DNA of 63,646 nt, filler included, from Reticulomyxa filosa (Eukaryota > Protista > Foraminifera): the NCBI GenBank assembly GCA_000512085.1. It is 18 parts of 18 records of this genome, joined end to end, with 100 filler letters (N's around TTAATTAATTAA, not from the genome) between each part and the next. Parts side by side here need not be neighbours in the genome. Positions count along the whole stretch, not along the records: positions 10,427 to 24,072 come from ASPP01010360.1; positions 24,173 to 27,886 come from ASPP01009160.1; 16 more parts are not named here. One strand, 5' to 3'. Under the pieces are notes generated by a model. The model did no database searches. It saw nothing but the letters and a program-made list of their open reading frames with translations, and was not told the DNA's origin. Below are positions 11,775-24,783 of the stretch, piece after piece. Position numbers and translations under genes: made by a program. How positions within the stretch are numbered: the stretch's first letter is position 1; each line of letters opens with the position of its first letter.

Positions 11775-12805
11775 ATGTATCGTGGTCTTGTGCAAAATTT
11801 GTCGCAATTAGATTGGGCAGAAGTGACCAAAAAATTAATAAATTCGAAACATGCCCTCATCGCCGTTGGACTTGTCACAGTCAGTGCTTGGGGGTTAGCA
11901 AGACATACGAGAGGAGGATCAAGTCCCAAAGAGAACACCGAAGAAAAGAAAGGTGAAGAATCTGACGAAGAATCGGATGAAGAATCGGACGAAGAACATA
12001 TTGAAGAAGAAGGCAAGGACGCAACAGAAAAACAAGACGCCAAGCGTAAGAAAACAAGAGACAATACGAATAAACCCCCCGAATCGGCGGCGGAGGATTT
12101 CAACTCATATAAAGTACAAACTCATAACATTAATGAATATTCACATCAACATCCACAAACCAATGACCAAGTTCATCCCTGAATTTTTTTTTTTTTTTGA
12201 AATCCCTTATTTAAAAAAAAAAAAAATGTTTGGGTCTTTGCGTGCAAATGTAGAGTCATGAAAAGAAAAAGGAAGAAGCCGATGATGATTTTGGTTTTTC
12301 AGCAGACGAACACTTTGTGCCCGGTCTTCGAATAAGCCAACAACATATTAAAAGAGACTCCAACAGGTTCAGCGAGACTTTTTTTTTTGTTGAGATTAAT
12401 CCTGTTTTTTTTGTTCTCTGATTCTATCAACAGTCCATTTTTTCAATTGGCGAACATATACTCATATTGTTCGGAGACGTCACCACAAGACGCAGAGCAC
12501 AGTGCCACGAGAGAGAGAAATAATGATGCATTAGCATTTAATGCACAGTATATGCAGAATGATCGAGTGATTCCAAATGACGAGACAACTTCCAACACCA
12601 CAAACCATATCCCTACCAATACCACCCAAGAAACTATTTCGAGGATAAGGCAAATGTATTTGAACAACAATTTGCCCCCTTCACTCCAACCTGAATCTTT
12701 AAACGAGGTACGTTGTTAATATTGGTTGCCCCTCCCCCTTTTTTTTACAAAAAAAAAAATTGTTTGTCTTGAAAGCAATGACGATACGTGAGAAATTGCC
12801 GTAAA
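11775..12805 (+). CDS. Hypothetical protein with an N-terminal hydrophobic anchor and acidic tract (multi-exon)
   Basis: MYRGLVQ...HALIAVGLVTVSAWGLAR followed by ESDE repeats; further exons at about 12254-12367 and 12433-12707. The 3' end is uncertain. Confidence 0.55.
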
Positions 12806-13180
12806 TTTGAACTGTATGAAAAATTCTTAAATTAGCTAACCATTTCGAATGTATTTCCTTTTTTTTTGTGGTCGAAAGTTTTATAAAGGAGGATGAATTT
12901 TTATTTTTTGCTGGTTTGCGGTTGTTTGTTGTGACATTATCAGTAAGTCTTTTCATTCTCACAAAAAAAGCGTTGTGCTGATGTCACTAAGGAAAAAGTC
13001 AATGCCAAAACGGAAGTGAGTTCATACGATATGTTTATCACTGCAGAAAATTAAACAACACCATCATTCTCAATTTTTCCAGTGAAAAAAGGAAAAAAGG
13101 GGTGATAGCAAAATGACCACTTTCATCTGACCAAAAAAAACTAAACAATAAAGTTGCTCAGTTTTTTGTTGTTGTTAAGT

Positions 13181-13590
13181 TCAGAATCTAAATTCGGGCT
13201 TTGATATATCAACAGGATCGTGCTCTGGTGCAATAATTCCCGCGTTCATAAATATTTGCTTAACTCCTCCCTGCAAAAAGAAAAAACATGAAAAAAGCTA
13301 ACATTAAAAAAAATTTAAAAAAAGACAAAACTGGAGTTTCAGTTAATTTTTTGATCTCTTGTTCATTGTCAGAATTCATTAAATAAGTGCCCAATGCCAA
13401 TTTACGATCGTTTCGAAAAGCTAACAATGGCAAGTAGTCATTTAATTCTGCCCCGAGTCTTTCTCGGTTTCTAATTCTTGTTTCGTAGTATTTTTGTCTT
13501 TCCTCACCATTCAAAGACAGCAGAGTTTTTTCTTCTTCCTCCGTGCGTTTTTTCATCATTTTATGCTTTATTGATTAATTGATTGACGAG

Positions 13591-13641
<51 letters not shown>

Positions 13642-14803
13642 CCAATTGATTCAACACAATGTTATACACGCAAACAATAAAAGTGTAACATCAATGGTAT
13701 GTACGCATCAGATATCACACAATTGTAAGAAATGTATGCACACATACGCAACATAGCATATATATATACATATATATATATGCTTATAATGTAAAATAGT
13801 CGTGTTGCACAGCCATCTAAATAATTCATACATGAAAATCTTTCCATCCTGGGACATTCCATAGATATCTACTCAAAGTATTTGGTTTGGGTTTTTTATT
13901 CTCCTCTTCAATATGTGCATCCAAGTCCGTTTGATACACCCATTGGATGCTTGGTTTGATCTGTTCAGTCCCTCACGGGCAAAACAGCACCCAAGCAATT
14001 GCTCTTTGTTGTATGCATTTGCGTTACAACCACGAAAACGAACAAACAAAAAAACAAAGAGACCCATGGCCATACCACTTGCTTTGTTTGTTCTGGATAA
14101 GGGTCCAAATCTTCAGGATAATAATAAGTCACCATTTTTTGTATCGTTTCATGTAAAGGCTAGCAAAAAAAAAGGGGGTCAATGTGCAATTCCAAAAAAA
14201 AAAAAAAGTAAAAAATTCAACACACATATTGATATTGTGTGATATTTCTAAACAAATTTAAAACCCAATTTTAAAAGATTATTGTTTGAAGTATCTATTC
14301 GGAACTTTTGCTGGGTCGACACCGCTCTGTTCATCAGTTTTGTTTGAAACACATTGCACCCAACACACCGTCAAATAACTGGGCTTCTTTTAACCCCCTT
14401 TTTTATATATAATATATGTGTATATATATTATACTTATATGCACATAACTTTTTCTGCCAATTTGATAAACTCGTCACACACAGCTTCATATTTAGGCGG
14501 TTGTTGAAATCGTTGCTCACCAAAGAGATATTTGTCAAAAACACTGCCGCTCATCAAGCCTACAGATGGAATGATCATATTTCCTTTGTTTTGATTTGCC
14601 CATCGTGATAAATATAGTTTCCATTGAAAGCCTTCACGCTCTTTGTATTCCTTATAATTTGGATCAAAGAAAAAGGCCGCTGTTCGCATTTCCTGGTATT
14701 TTTGGAAAAATGTTGGGTCAATGAATAGATTGTAGCCAACACCCCCCAGAAATGCCCACAACATCATGCGGTAACGATTTGCCCAAGTCGTTCGGATTCT
14801 CAT
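13181..14803 (-). CDS. Hypothetical protein (6 exons, one N-terminal hydrophobic segment)
   Basis: Exons can be joined in frame at GT-AG sites: MRIRTTWANRYRMMLWAFLGGVGY... / KPSYLTVCWVQC / PLHETIQKMVTYYYPED / IKPSIQWVYQTD / HKMMKKRT / ...PEFRF*. Confidence 0.65.
13570..13650. repeat. (ATTG)n tetranucleotide microsatellite within an intron
   Basis: Direct tandem GATT units. Confidence 0.9.
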
Positions 14804-15057
14804 ATCTTCTAATGTTGAAACACAAAGAAAACTTTCTACTGAATGTTGCCAAAAAAGTTGAACTGTTTCGGGCACCTGTTCACTTGGCAGTTGCAAGTGT
14901 GTTTATTATCAACTCTCAAGTCTCTACATGACAAAAGTTAACGCTTTACTCAAAACTACATTTTTTAGAGTGATTTGTTTTTAAACAAAAATTTCAGTTT
15001 TTGGAGTTAAAGAAAAAATGTAATACAAATATAAAATGACTGCATAAAATAAGTAAA

Positions 15058-15488
15058 CAGGAGAATAGAAAAGAAAATTGATCTAAAATGGCACTTTATG
15101 AAGACGATTGATTTTCTCCATGAAAAAACGACGTTTAATCAGAATTTTTTTAAGAAATATCTACGAATTGTGTAGTTTTTAAATATCATGTTGACTTTTT
15201 ATTTTATCTTTCGAAATTTTTTCAAAAATCTTAAAAAAAGAATTGGCAAATTTCACGACTACGAGAAAAACACGATTATCAATTTTTTCTTGAAAATTTC
15301 AAAAATCAAATGAAAAATTCCAATTTTTGAAAAAATTTCAAGATAAAATAAAAAGTCAACATGATATTTAAAAATTACACGATTTGTAGATATTTTTAAA
15401 AAATTTGATTAAATGTTTTTTCATGGAGAAAATCAATTATCTTCATAAAGTGCTGTTTCAGGTGTCAACTTTCTTTTTTATTCTACTG
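15058..15488. mobile_element. MITE, probably Tc1/mariner-derived, with about 170-bp terminal inverted repeats
   Basis: 15058-15229 is the reverse complement of 15323-15488, including a perfect 35-nt match TTTTTAAATATCATGTTGACTTTTTATTTTATCTT. Ends are CAG(G/T)AGAAT...ATTCTACTG, followed by TA on the right. No ORF. Confidence 0.85.
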
Positions 15489-16020
15489 TATCTTTGACAT
15501 ATGAGGTTTTATACCTTTCCTTTCTTTGTATGCTATTACAATGTTTGCTTTCAGTGATAGAAGTTATTTACAATAAAAATATTAAAGAAATAATGTGCTT
15601 AATAAATCAATTTAAGCTCACATTTATGCAAAGAAGCTCAAAATGTAAGTGAAGAATTCAATTAGAATACAATAAATACGTTCACTCAATACAATATATT
15701 CAATATAGAAAAAAACCCGAACAAAGCATTAATTATTTTATATGAACATTCATTTATAATTATTTCTACAATAAACATTGAAATAATTATATCTTGCGTT
15801 CACTTTTGCATTTGTACTTATTATATTGCATGATTGACATTTGAAACGAGAACATATTTGTTATTTTTTGGTGATAACTGTGCAATTATGCAAAATTCTT
15901 TTAAACTAAGAAGACTCGTTTTGTCGTGTTTTACTTGAAAAAGGGGTTGTTCCGCTTGGAGCTTTGCGAGGACCCTTTTCCGGTTTTGCCATTCTTTATA
16001 ACTTCAATAGATCGATCAAA

Positions 16021-16830
16021 ATGCTCAACATTTTGCTTGCCTCGAATATAGCATGTGATGATATTGATGGATCAACTGCTTGCTGGTTTTTCGGCTTCAT
16101 TGGTGTAGCTGCTGCAATTGTGTTTGCAAGTTGCGTTTGTCAAATTTTTTGTTTGTGCATTTTTACAACTCGCGAAAATATATGGCAAAAAGCAAAAATT
16201 TTGGATTTTGTGAACTTTTTTCAAATTGGTCGTCGAATTGCATGTAATAAAAACAAATACCAAAAAATCAGATTTGGGATCAGCTTACGGCACGGCAAAG
16301 TCTGGAGTAGGCATTTCTGCAATGGGTGTGATAAACCCTGACCCTGTCATGAAAAATATGATCCCTGTCGTCATGGCAGGTATCTTGGGAATTTACGGAT
16401 TGATTATCTCAGTCATTTTAGTTGGCAACAGTTAAGAACCGTTCAACCGATTGCTTTTACCTTTTCTTTTATTATTTGTATTTATTTCCGCAAACGCGCA
16501 ATTTTTTTTTGGTCACAACTTTATTTAATGTGGCTTCATGGAGGGAAAAAAAAGTATACGTTTCAAAGGTTTTTGTGTCGTTGCTTTTGAACAGTCAAAT
16601 CGTCAGGATACACGCATTACAAAGGTTATGCTCACTTGGCCAGTGGCTTGAGTGTGGGCTTGTCTGCTTTGGGAGCAGGTATGGCAATTGGAATTGTTGG
16701 TGACGCAGGTGTGCGAGCCAATGGACAACAACCAGCTTTGTTTGTTGGTATGATCTTGATTTTGATCTTTGCAGAGGCCTTGGGATTGTACGGTTTGATC
16801 GTGGCCATTGTGTTGTCACAAGCCAAATAA
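16021..16830 (+). CDS. VMA3: V-type ATPase 16-kDa proteolipid subunit c (3 exons)
   Basis: [80 protein letters not shown] with the proton-binding Glu. Confidence 0.97.
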
Positions 16831-17430
16831 ATAACTCACAAATACTTAAAATTTCATCTCCTTGTGTGGTGCTTAATTTTGGACATGTGACGCAATGAGA
16901 ATTTTTTTTTTGCAAAAGAGAAAAATGAGCACATTTTTGATACAATAAAGCTGAACGCTTGTGATTGATATTCTGATTTTAAGATGTTTGTGTTTTTGTT
17001 CCCAGGATGTTGGGGGTTAATTATTGGATAAAGGCAATATCTTGTGCGAAAAATTTGTGAGGGGAAATTGCGTTTCCAAGGCACTTGTTGTTTTTGAAAA
17101 ACTTGAACCACTTACCCAAAACCTCGTACCTATGATTATCCGTTAAAAGGAAAAAAAATCAGCGTTACTCTAAACCTAAATATAAAGAACGTGCGTTTCT
17201 TTTTGAATCAAGTATAGATTGCTCTTCTAAAATAAAAAACTTCGATTTTCCGGTTTCATGTTTTTAGGTTAAATTTTCACAATTTTTCATTCTATACAGT
17301 ATTGCATCGACATAGTTGAATATTTTTCCTTCAAAATCAGCAGTTCGAAGGGCAAGAGCTCATCCAAAAAGGACTAACTGCACAAGCTTGTGGCAGCAAA
17401 ATCGTTATAAAATTTTATTGTCAAGAACAA

Positions 17431-19256
17431 ATGTCAAAACAACCCTCGACACCAAATGAATCATTTTGGAGTTTAGAGACCTCTCTAGGTTTGTTGAGAA
17501 ACAGCTTAGCGTTTTTTTTGTTTCTGCAGACTCTGTCGGAGGGCACAAAAACAGAACAAAACTTTAAAAAAACCAGTGAAAACTAAAAAAGAAATAGAAT
17601 ACATGGAAGACTCTGTGAATTGGGACGAATATAATGGCATGAATGAAACAAATGAAGAGAACATGAATAGTTTGGATTCGGAAGTAGGTATGACAGAAAC
17701 AAAACAAGAACACACGATAAGTCCGCAATTAAAAAAAGGCAAATCAGAAGCCAACATGCTGTGGTGTACAATTCCCCTAATACAATGCAACAGAACTTTA
17801 GGTTCAAATTTATTTTTACTATTGTCGTTATAATATTGTATTTGTAGTCTAAACAATCAACTGGAACAAAAAAAAAAACAAACAAAGACGATAGTAAGAT
17901 ATCAAATTCAGTGGAAAGCCAAAAAACAAGCATGACTAGTTCGGAAGTAAAGGCAAAAGCAAAAAAAGAAAAAGTAAAGTTACTGAAACAAGAAGAGTGG
18001 CCAAGAGAAGAGACAGATACTAGTAATGGAAAGAGCGAGCAAAAAAGAATGGAGTGTGAGGACATGGCAATGAAAATAGGTTCCTCGTCAAGCGAGTATG
18101 AAGTGAGACAATGTGTGTCGATAGTGTGGACAAACTTACAAAGAGCGACTCAAGAGCTCGAGAAAGTGCAAGGCGAGCTCTTGCTCCAAAAGCATGAGAC
18201 TATGACATGGCAATTGAAAAACAAAGGTATTTGCATTACATTCATCAACACAACATACACATATTACAATACTCGCATTAAAATGGCAACCTATCACATG
18301 TATGTATACATAAACATATATGACGCTCAAATGAAAAATATAAAGCCCTGCAAAACAAAGTGGACGAAATACACAAACAATTGCAAATTGCAGTTGAAGA
18401 TCGCAATGAAATTGCCAATGTTGCAGATACGTACCGTCAAGAAAATAACAACTTGCAGTGCAAACTTGCACGCTGCAAAGTCAATTTGGACACATGCATG
18501 CTCAAATATAACACGTTACAACTCCAACAAAAATCATTATCTTCAATGCAAGACCAATTTCAAACCCAACTGCACAAAGAGTCCATTTTGAGAATGCAAG
18601 ACAAACTGGGTTGGGAAGAAGTTGAGTTTTGGTTCAATTCTTATATTTTATTACATATTACAAATCATACATATATATACATATAATCATATGTTTAATA
18701 CTCTCCTACAGACAAAAACAGAGTTAGAACGGACTTTTCAACAAAATCAAACTTTGCACCAACAAATTGCTTCCATTCAAACTCAATTGGTGGATGAAAT
18801 ACAGCAACGACAACTTTTGCAATCCCGAATTGATAATATCAGCACCGGATCCAAATTGGTTATGGTTTGTTGTCTTGCTTTATTTTGTGTGTTGTTATCA
18901 TGTTCTCATTATGTGCGGATGGGGATGCAACGGAACAGCCTCAGAACAACTCCAAACATTGTTCACAAACTTGTGATCAATCACCACCAACACAAAATGC
19001 GCAGTCTCTCAATACATTACAGGATTACCACAAGTCAGACAAAAAACATGTAGTGACGTACAATCACAAACTCACCGTTCGGACCACTATGCAACGCTCT
19101 CTTGTGTCCAATTCAAAAACAAAGTTAAAGACGCCTTCTAACGTTTCTTCTGGTCTCTCTCATCCTCGAAAATTTGTACCCAGGGCTAAACATTCCAAAA
19201 CCAACGCAAAATGTCTTCGATCCAATTCTCAAACCAATTTAATTTGCAATGTATAG
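17431..19256 (+). CDS. Hypothetical coiled-coil protein with a basic Ser/Thr-rich tail (multi-exon)
   Basis: Successive GT-AG exons with Q/E/K/L heptads at 18130-18840. Confidence 0.6.
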
Positions 19257-20492
19257 ATGGTTCTTGTTTGTGTTCAAAGTTAAACAATATCTTTTTTTTT
19301 TTTTTTACTTTTTGCTATTTTATTCTCCTGCTTACTTATTTTGTGCTGAGTCATTTTATATTTTTATTCATTTCTATTTAATCGCTTGGTATTTTCTTAT
19401 TTGTATTCCATTTTTTCTTTAAAACTCCAAAAACTGAAATTTTCGGGTGATAAATGTAGAAACACCCTTTTCATTTTTTAAATAAAGCATTAACTTTATA
19501 ACTTACTAAAAATGAAAAAACGCAACGAGAAATGCAATAAATAGACCCTTTCTTGAGAAAAACAATTTTTAAAACTATTTCGTCAAAATATTGCCTTTGG
19601 TTAAATAAGATTTTTGCCAATAAATGATGGCAACGAAAAATTGGAATTCAATTTTAAAAATTTTAGAGTGGGTTATGACCTTATGTCACGTAGTATCGGT
19701 GCTACAGGGGTACAAGACAAAGGTATCTACTTGAGGACAAGGCTCTACTGGTTATGGGAATCCCTTTTATCTCAAACTTACTTACTTTCACTTTTTTACT
19801 TGTCTTTTCTTCTTTGTTGTTGTTTGTCATTTATTATTCTCTTTTGATTAACTCTTCCTTGTTGTTAAAAACATTGCTTAAAGAGCAACCTTTCGTATTA
19901 CACTTTGCGCAAGTCTTGTAGCGGCAGCCAGACACTCCGCACCACATTGCAAATTAAAACAAGCAACAAAAATTGATATTAACAATAATTCATTAAAAAA
20001 TCAGCAAACGAAACAGAATGTAAACAGAGGCAAGTGAAACTAACAAGCGATGTTTATCTTATTTTAAGTTTTGAATGGACAATATTTTTTAGAAATATAC
20101 TTTAACAAAGCGGATAATAACTTTTTGAAAGATCAAGAGTTATTGAAAGCTGCAAATTATTTCTAGACAAGTGTAGTTTATTTAATCTCCGAAAAAAATG
20201 ATACTTTTAATTGATTCGATTATGGCTAATTGCACTGCAGCATTCGTTTGTATATCCTTACTATTTCATTGCAAAGAAACATTAGTGTTTCTATTGATCC
20301 TCTTTGAAGATTTAATAATTGCGTGCTAGATTCTGACTAAACACGTCAACTATCAATTCTCAAAATAACTTTTAACGCAAAGACTAACACGCGTTTTTAC
20401 GCTGGTGCTGCACTTTAGGTGCGTGTCCAACCTGCTGAAAAAAAATTGCACAACCCAAAGGTGCTGAAGGAGGTTAACCGATAATCAAGCAT

Positions 20493-21924
20493 ATGTCAAA
20501 CGATGTGTCTACAATAAAGACCATTGGTCTTTTCCCTGCTACTTTTTGGGGTGCTCAACTGCAATGCTTCACACAGTTCGTTGTGACAAGCATAATTTTT
20601 TACGGATTTTGCCATGCAGTAGAGCATAACAAAGTGATGAATTTATTCTTGACCGGTGATAAACCAAATTAATACATAGTTTTTTTCTTTATGCAATCCA
20701 AAAAAAAAATCATTAAACAAGACGTAAAATTTAGATAAAGAGGTTGTTTTTTTTTATCCACTGAGGACTATGTGCTGTGACACAATATGTATGCAAACAG
20801 AGGACTCGTTTTCATGTGGTGCGATAAGTGGCAAAAAAGTTCTTTCAGATGGATTTATTCAAGTGATTTATTGGTATGGAGCCGCGTATTTGTTTTTATG
20901 GGTTGACAATTACCATGATAAAAACAAATCGCTTGGCCAGCATCGTATATTTAACCCAGGACGAAATCCTTTGCAAAAAGTGGAATGGTCGATGGTACAG
21001 TACGCATTTGAGTTATCCTTTTGGAACATATTGATTGGGCTTGTTGCTTGGTTGTCTCTTTACCGATACGCATTTGAAAAAATGGGTCTCTGCGAAGCGA
21101 ACAACCTATGGTTCAACACATATTCTTACACTGAGATTCTCATTTTTATCATTATAAAGATCCCTTTGCATTTGTTGTTTTCCGATATGGTCTTTTATTT
21201 CAGTTACTTCTAAAAAAAGAATTGCGAGTTTCCGTTTGTGCAAAAAATAAAAATAAAAAAGATGTAGACAAGGGGTGCAATAAATTTGCCTGCATACCTA
21301 TATACATACATAAACATATATAATATATACGTGCATGTGTAAATATATATGAATATAACAATGTACAGCTCATCGACTATGCCACGAAAATAAATGGCTG
21401 TATAAAAATGTCCATAAAAAACATCACATTTGGAATGACAGCTATGCGTGTGCATCCATCGCGTGTCATCCTCTTGGTATGATCATTATTTTTTTTTTTT
21501 TTTTGGCCCCTCTTGAAGGGAGAGATACGTATAAAATTGTTTGAAAAGAGATAATAAAAATAAAAATGCTTATGATATAGAACATTTGATTGTCAACTTA
21601 CCGACAGTATTTTGTCCACAGGTTATATTGTGTGGTCCTTACGGATTTCAAAAATTGTGGATGGTTATTGCTTCTGTCCACACATGTTTTTCTCATTGTG
21701 GGGCTATGGCGATCAGTGCCACCTTGGGAGGCGTTCCTCATGATTTTCATCATCATTTTCAAAGTGTACACTTTGGAAGCGGCGGATATTGCGATTGGTT
21801 TTTCAAAACAAGGCTGTGTGACAAGTATCCAGACGCTTGGAACAAAATACTTTCAAACAAGGACTATGAAATCTTATCAACTTACCGAAAATTAGGTGGA
21901 TTTGTAGCCAGCCACAAGAAATGA
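20493..21924 (+). CDS. Fatty-acid hydroxylase/sterol desaturase family protein (C-4 methylsterol oxidase-like), 4 exons
   Basis: The spliced product carries the His boxes HRLCH, HKKHH, HPLE, HTCFSHCG and HDFHH. Exon phases are consistent. Confidence 0.9.
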
Positions 21925-22416
21925 CGAATTAATTTGTTGTTGATTGCAATGTTTGTATTTTTGTGAGGTGAAATTGCTGTGTCTTTTTTCTTTTTTATCT
22001 TTTCATAAAGATTTCTTTTTTTGTCCATTACATTTGTTCATTATCTGTCATTTTTCTGACATATTTCGTACTCGTTTTTTTTATGAATGTACAAAAAAAT
22101 ATAATACAACATATTCTACTCAAAAATCGTGGCTGCTTTTATTTTGTCCATTTGAAGGTGAATCTGTTATACAATGTTTCTTTCTTCTAAAGAAGTAAGT
22201 AATGTTCTAGAAACCAACCAGTTTTCATAAGCATGATATGATATATCTTGACACGTTAGATAGCAGCAAAGCAAAGTCTAGATTTTTTCATGAAGAACAA
22301 ATACTTCATGTGTGAAAAAAACAAAAAGAGAGCGAGCACCAAACAAAGGCGCGGTAGGTGTAGAAGGGTTTTTTCGGTTTTATAAATTTTTTTCTCTACC
22401 CTTGGGCAGATATAAA

Positions 22417-22900
22417 ATGCAACAAACCACGCAAGTGAACGTAAAGAATGAGCAAGTTGTGCAACCTGCATACTCGCAACCCGTGTACACGCAGCCAGTG
22501 TACACACAACAGCCGGTGTACACACAACAGCCAGTGTACGAGCAGCAGGCAGTGTACACACAGCAGCCAGTGTATACGCAACCTGTCTATGTCCAACCGG
22601 TCTACACAACCCAATACCCTGTGCAAACGCAACAAGTGATCTATGCAAATTCAACCACAAGTGGAGTTCAGGGACAAGTTGTCACGCAGCCAGTTGTCGT
22701 TATCGTTAAGTGATCCTCACTTTAAAGTGTGCCATGTTTATCTAAAAAAAAATAAATATTAATAGAGCCAACAACGAGGCCCAGCCCTATGTGGAAGATG
22801 CGGTACACCCTACCCGTTGCCAGAAGGTGCAACATCTTGGCGATGCCGAAAATGTAACCACTTCAACGATTTGTACCCAAGTTGCTGCACAATTTTGTGA
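22417..22900 (+). CDS. Small QPVYT-repeat protein with an LSD1-like zinc finger and a C-terminal CaaX box
   Basis: Exon 1 (22417-22704) has QPVYTQ repeats. Intron 22705-22765. Exon 2 reads SQQRGPALCGRCGTPYPLPEGATSWRCRKCNHFNDLYPSCCTIL*. Confidence 0.8.
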
Positions 22901-23434
22901 ACGTACAGGAAAAAAATGGACCAAACATAATATTTGAGAATACTTTTGTTTCTTCTTTTTGTATTTTTTCTTTGTGGGACAAGTAACCAGCAAGTTGTAG
23001 TTGACTGATGTGATGTTTAATTAATTGTTTTTTGGCGATGATGAAATAACAATGCAAGCCTTAGCTGGTATCTTTTTTTCCCTTTCACGGCTTTAAACTT
23101 AGCGTATATACGTATCCTCGGATAAATAACTATACTTGAGTGAAAAATTATATGAATGAGAAATGTACGTGCACTTTTTTGAAAAAGTATTTTGTTCATG
23201 TTGACAGCAGAGTGTTCATCTCAATCAAATCTAAGGGGCATATCATCGGATAAATTTGCTCTTTTTGACACCTTTTGCGATATAATATTTCCATAGAGCC
23301 TATTTTTGCTTGGAAGTGTTGCCATCAAGAAGTTTAATTCTACAACTTGCAACAAAGGGAAAACGATTTAAAAAAGTGAAAGAAAAGGGGCAGCAAACAT
23401 TGATATAATTGATCCCCTTAAAAAAAACACCAAA

Positions 23435-24020
23435 ATGGCAAGATTAATCCGCCGCTTTCACAAGTTTTGCAAGGCTTACTCACAACAAACAAACAAAAAG
23501 TGACAGCAGCACAAATGTTTTACAAAACTCGTAATGTGCACAGCAACGCGTTTTCTCCTAAGATGACCCGCGCAAATTTGGCATTGGAATGGGAACGCAT
23601 AAGCAAGAATCCGCTTCCTTTGTCAGCCAAGCATCCTCCTCCCCCTGTAAACAAAGATCGAGTTTTTGTAAATAGGTAAATCAAATCGAGAGTGAATTGT
23701 TTTGATCATTGTTGATTGGTTGCTCGAATTGTCAGTCAATCATTATATATAATCTTTTTTTTGTTGATGTGTCGAACAGCAAAGTAGACACTGGCTTCAC
23801 AACAACAGTCGGGTTTGACTTTCAATACTGCCTTGCCAATTATCGTGCAAAACTTGAAGAATTCATTTACACGAAATCGTTGGAATATTTAGTCGAGGAG
23901 CTTGGTTATCCACGTTCCTTGTTGCGAAGAGAATATAACAAGGACTGGGCAGTCCGTGGGTTGGTGTTCGATCGCCAAACAGGGAATCTATGAAACTCAA
24001 CCAATTCTACAAAATCTCAG
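23435..24020 (+). CDS. HAD 5'-nucleotidase (cN-II/NT5DC family), N-terminal part, 3'-truncated
   Basis: RVFVNR...VGFDFQYCLANY...LGYP..LL...Y...WAVRGLVFDRQTGNL. The N terminus is presequence-like (MARLIRRF) if one homopolymer frameshift is corrected. Confidence 0.85.
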
Positions 24021-24027
24021 TTCATTT

Positions 24028-24067
<40 letters not shown>

Positions 24068-24199
24068 TTTTTNNNNNNNNNNNNNNNNNNNNNNNNNNNN
24101 NNNNNNNNNNNNNNNNTTAATTAATTAANNNNNNNNNNNNNNNNNNNNNNNNNNNNNNNNNNNNNNNNNNNNTTTTTTTTTTTTTTTTGAAATTTCAAA

Positions 24200-24783
24200 A
24201 CTTCGGACACATTTCTGGACAAATCTCCAATGAACAGACTCGTGTCATCTGGAAACACTTCAGTGTGTGGGTCAATTTGTTGGTGTTGGCGAATTTGTGA
24301 AATGTTGATGACATCCTTCGCAGGCACGCCTTCAATGATATCCACGCCGTTGACGTAATATCGCTTTGTGTTGAAGTTGTTGCTTTTGCCATGGCTGCCG
24401 AAATCGCCTTTCGTCATACCATTACTGCTGCCACTCATTGGATTGCGCATTGACACCTCAATGTTCGTTGCTGTATACATTGTATTTGAGCTCTTATAAT
24501 TGTTATTACTATTACTGCTGTTGTTGTTGTTACTGTTGTTGTTGTTGTTGTTGCTGTTATTTCCAGTTATGCCAGTGTTCGTACTCGATGTGGTCGTGGT
24601 TGTAGTGCTTCCTGTCATGTGTGAAACGTTGGTTCCGACCCCATTTTCTGTGGGATTGGGCATTGTGCCTTCGGTGCTGATGCTGATTGGACTCGTATTG
24701 TCACGCACGCTGCCGCTCATACTACTTTGTTCCTGTCCTTGTCCTTGGTTCCCTGAGGTCATTTCTGTCTTTCCTGACACCAT
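24200..24783 (-). CDS. RRM RNA-binding protein, N-terminal exon
   Basis: A low-complexity S/T/N region followed by the RNP2-like TSLFIGDLSRNVSE, then an intron and the contig end. Confidence 0.7.

Noticed and set aside
13973-13975. In-frame TGA in C-P-*-G as a selenocysteine codon
   Set aside because: It falls inside a plausible intron whose acceptor (CTGAACAG) restores the frame just downstream.
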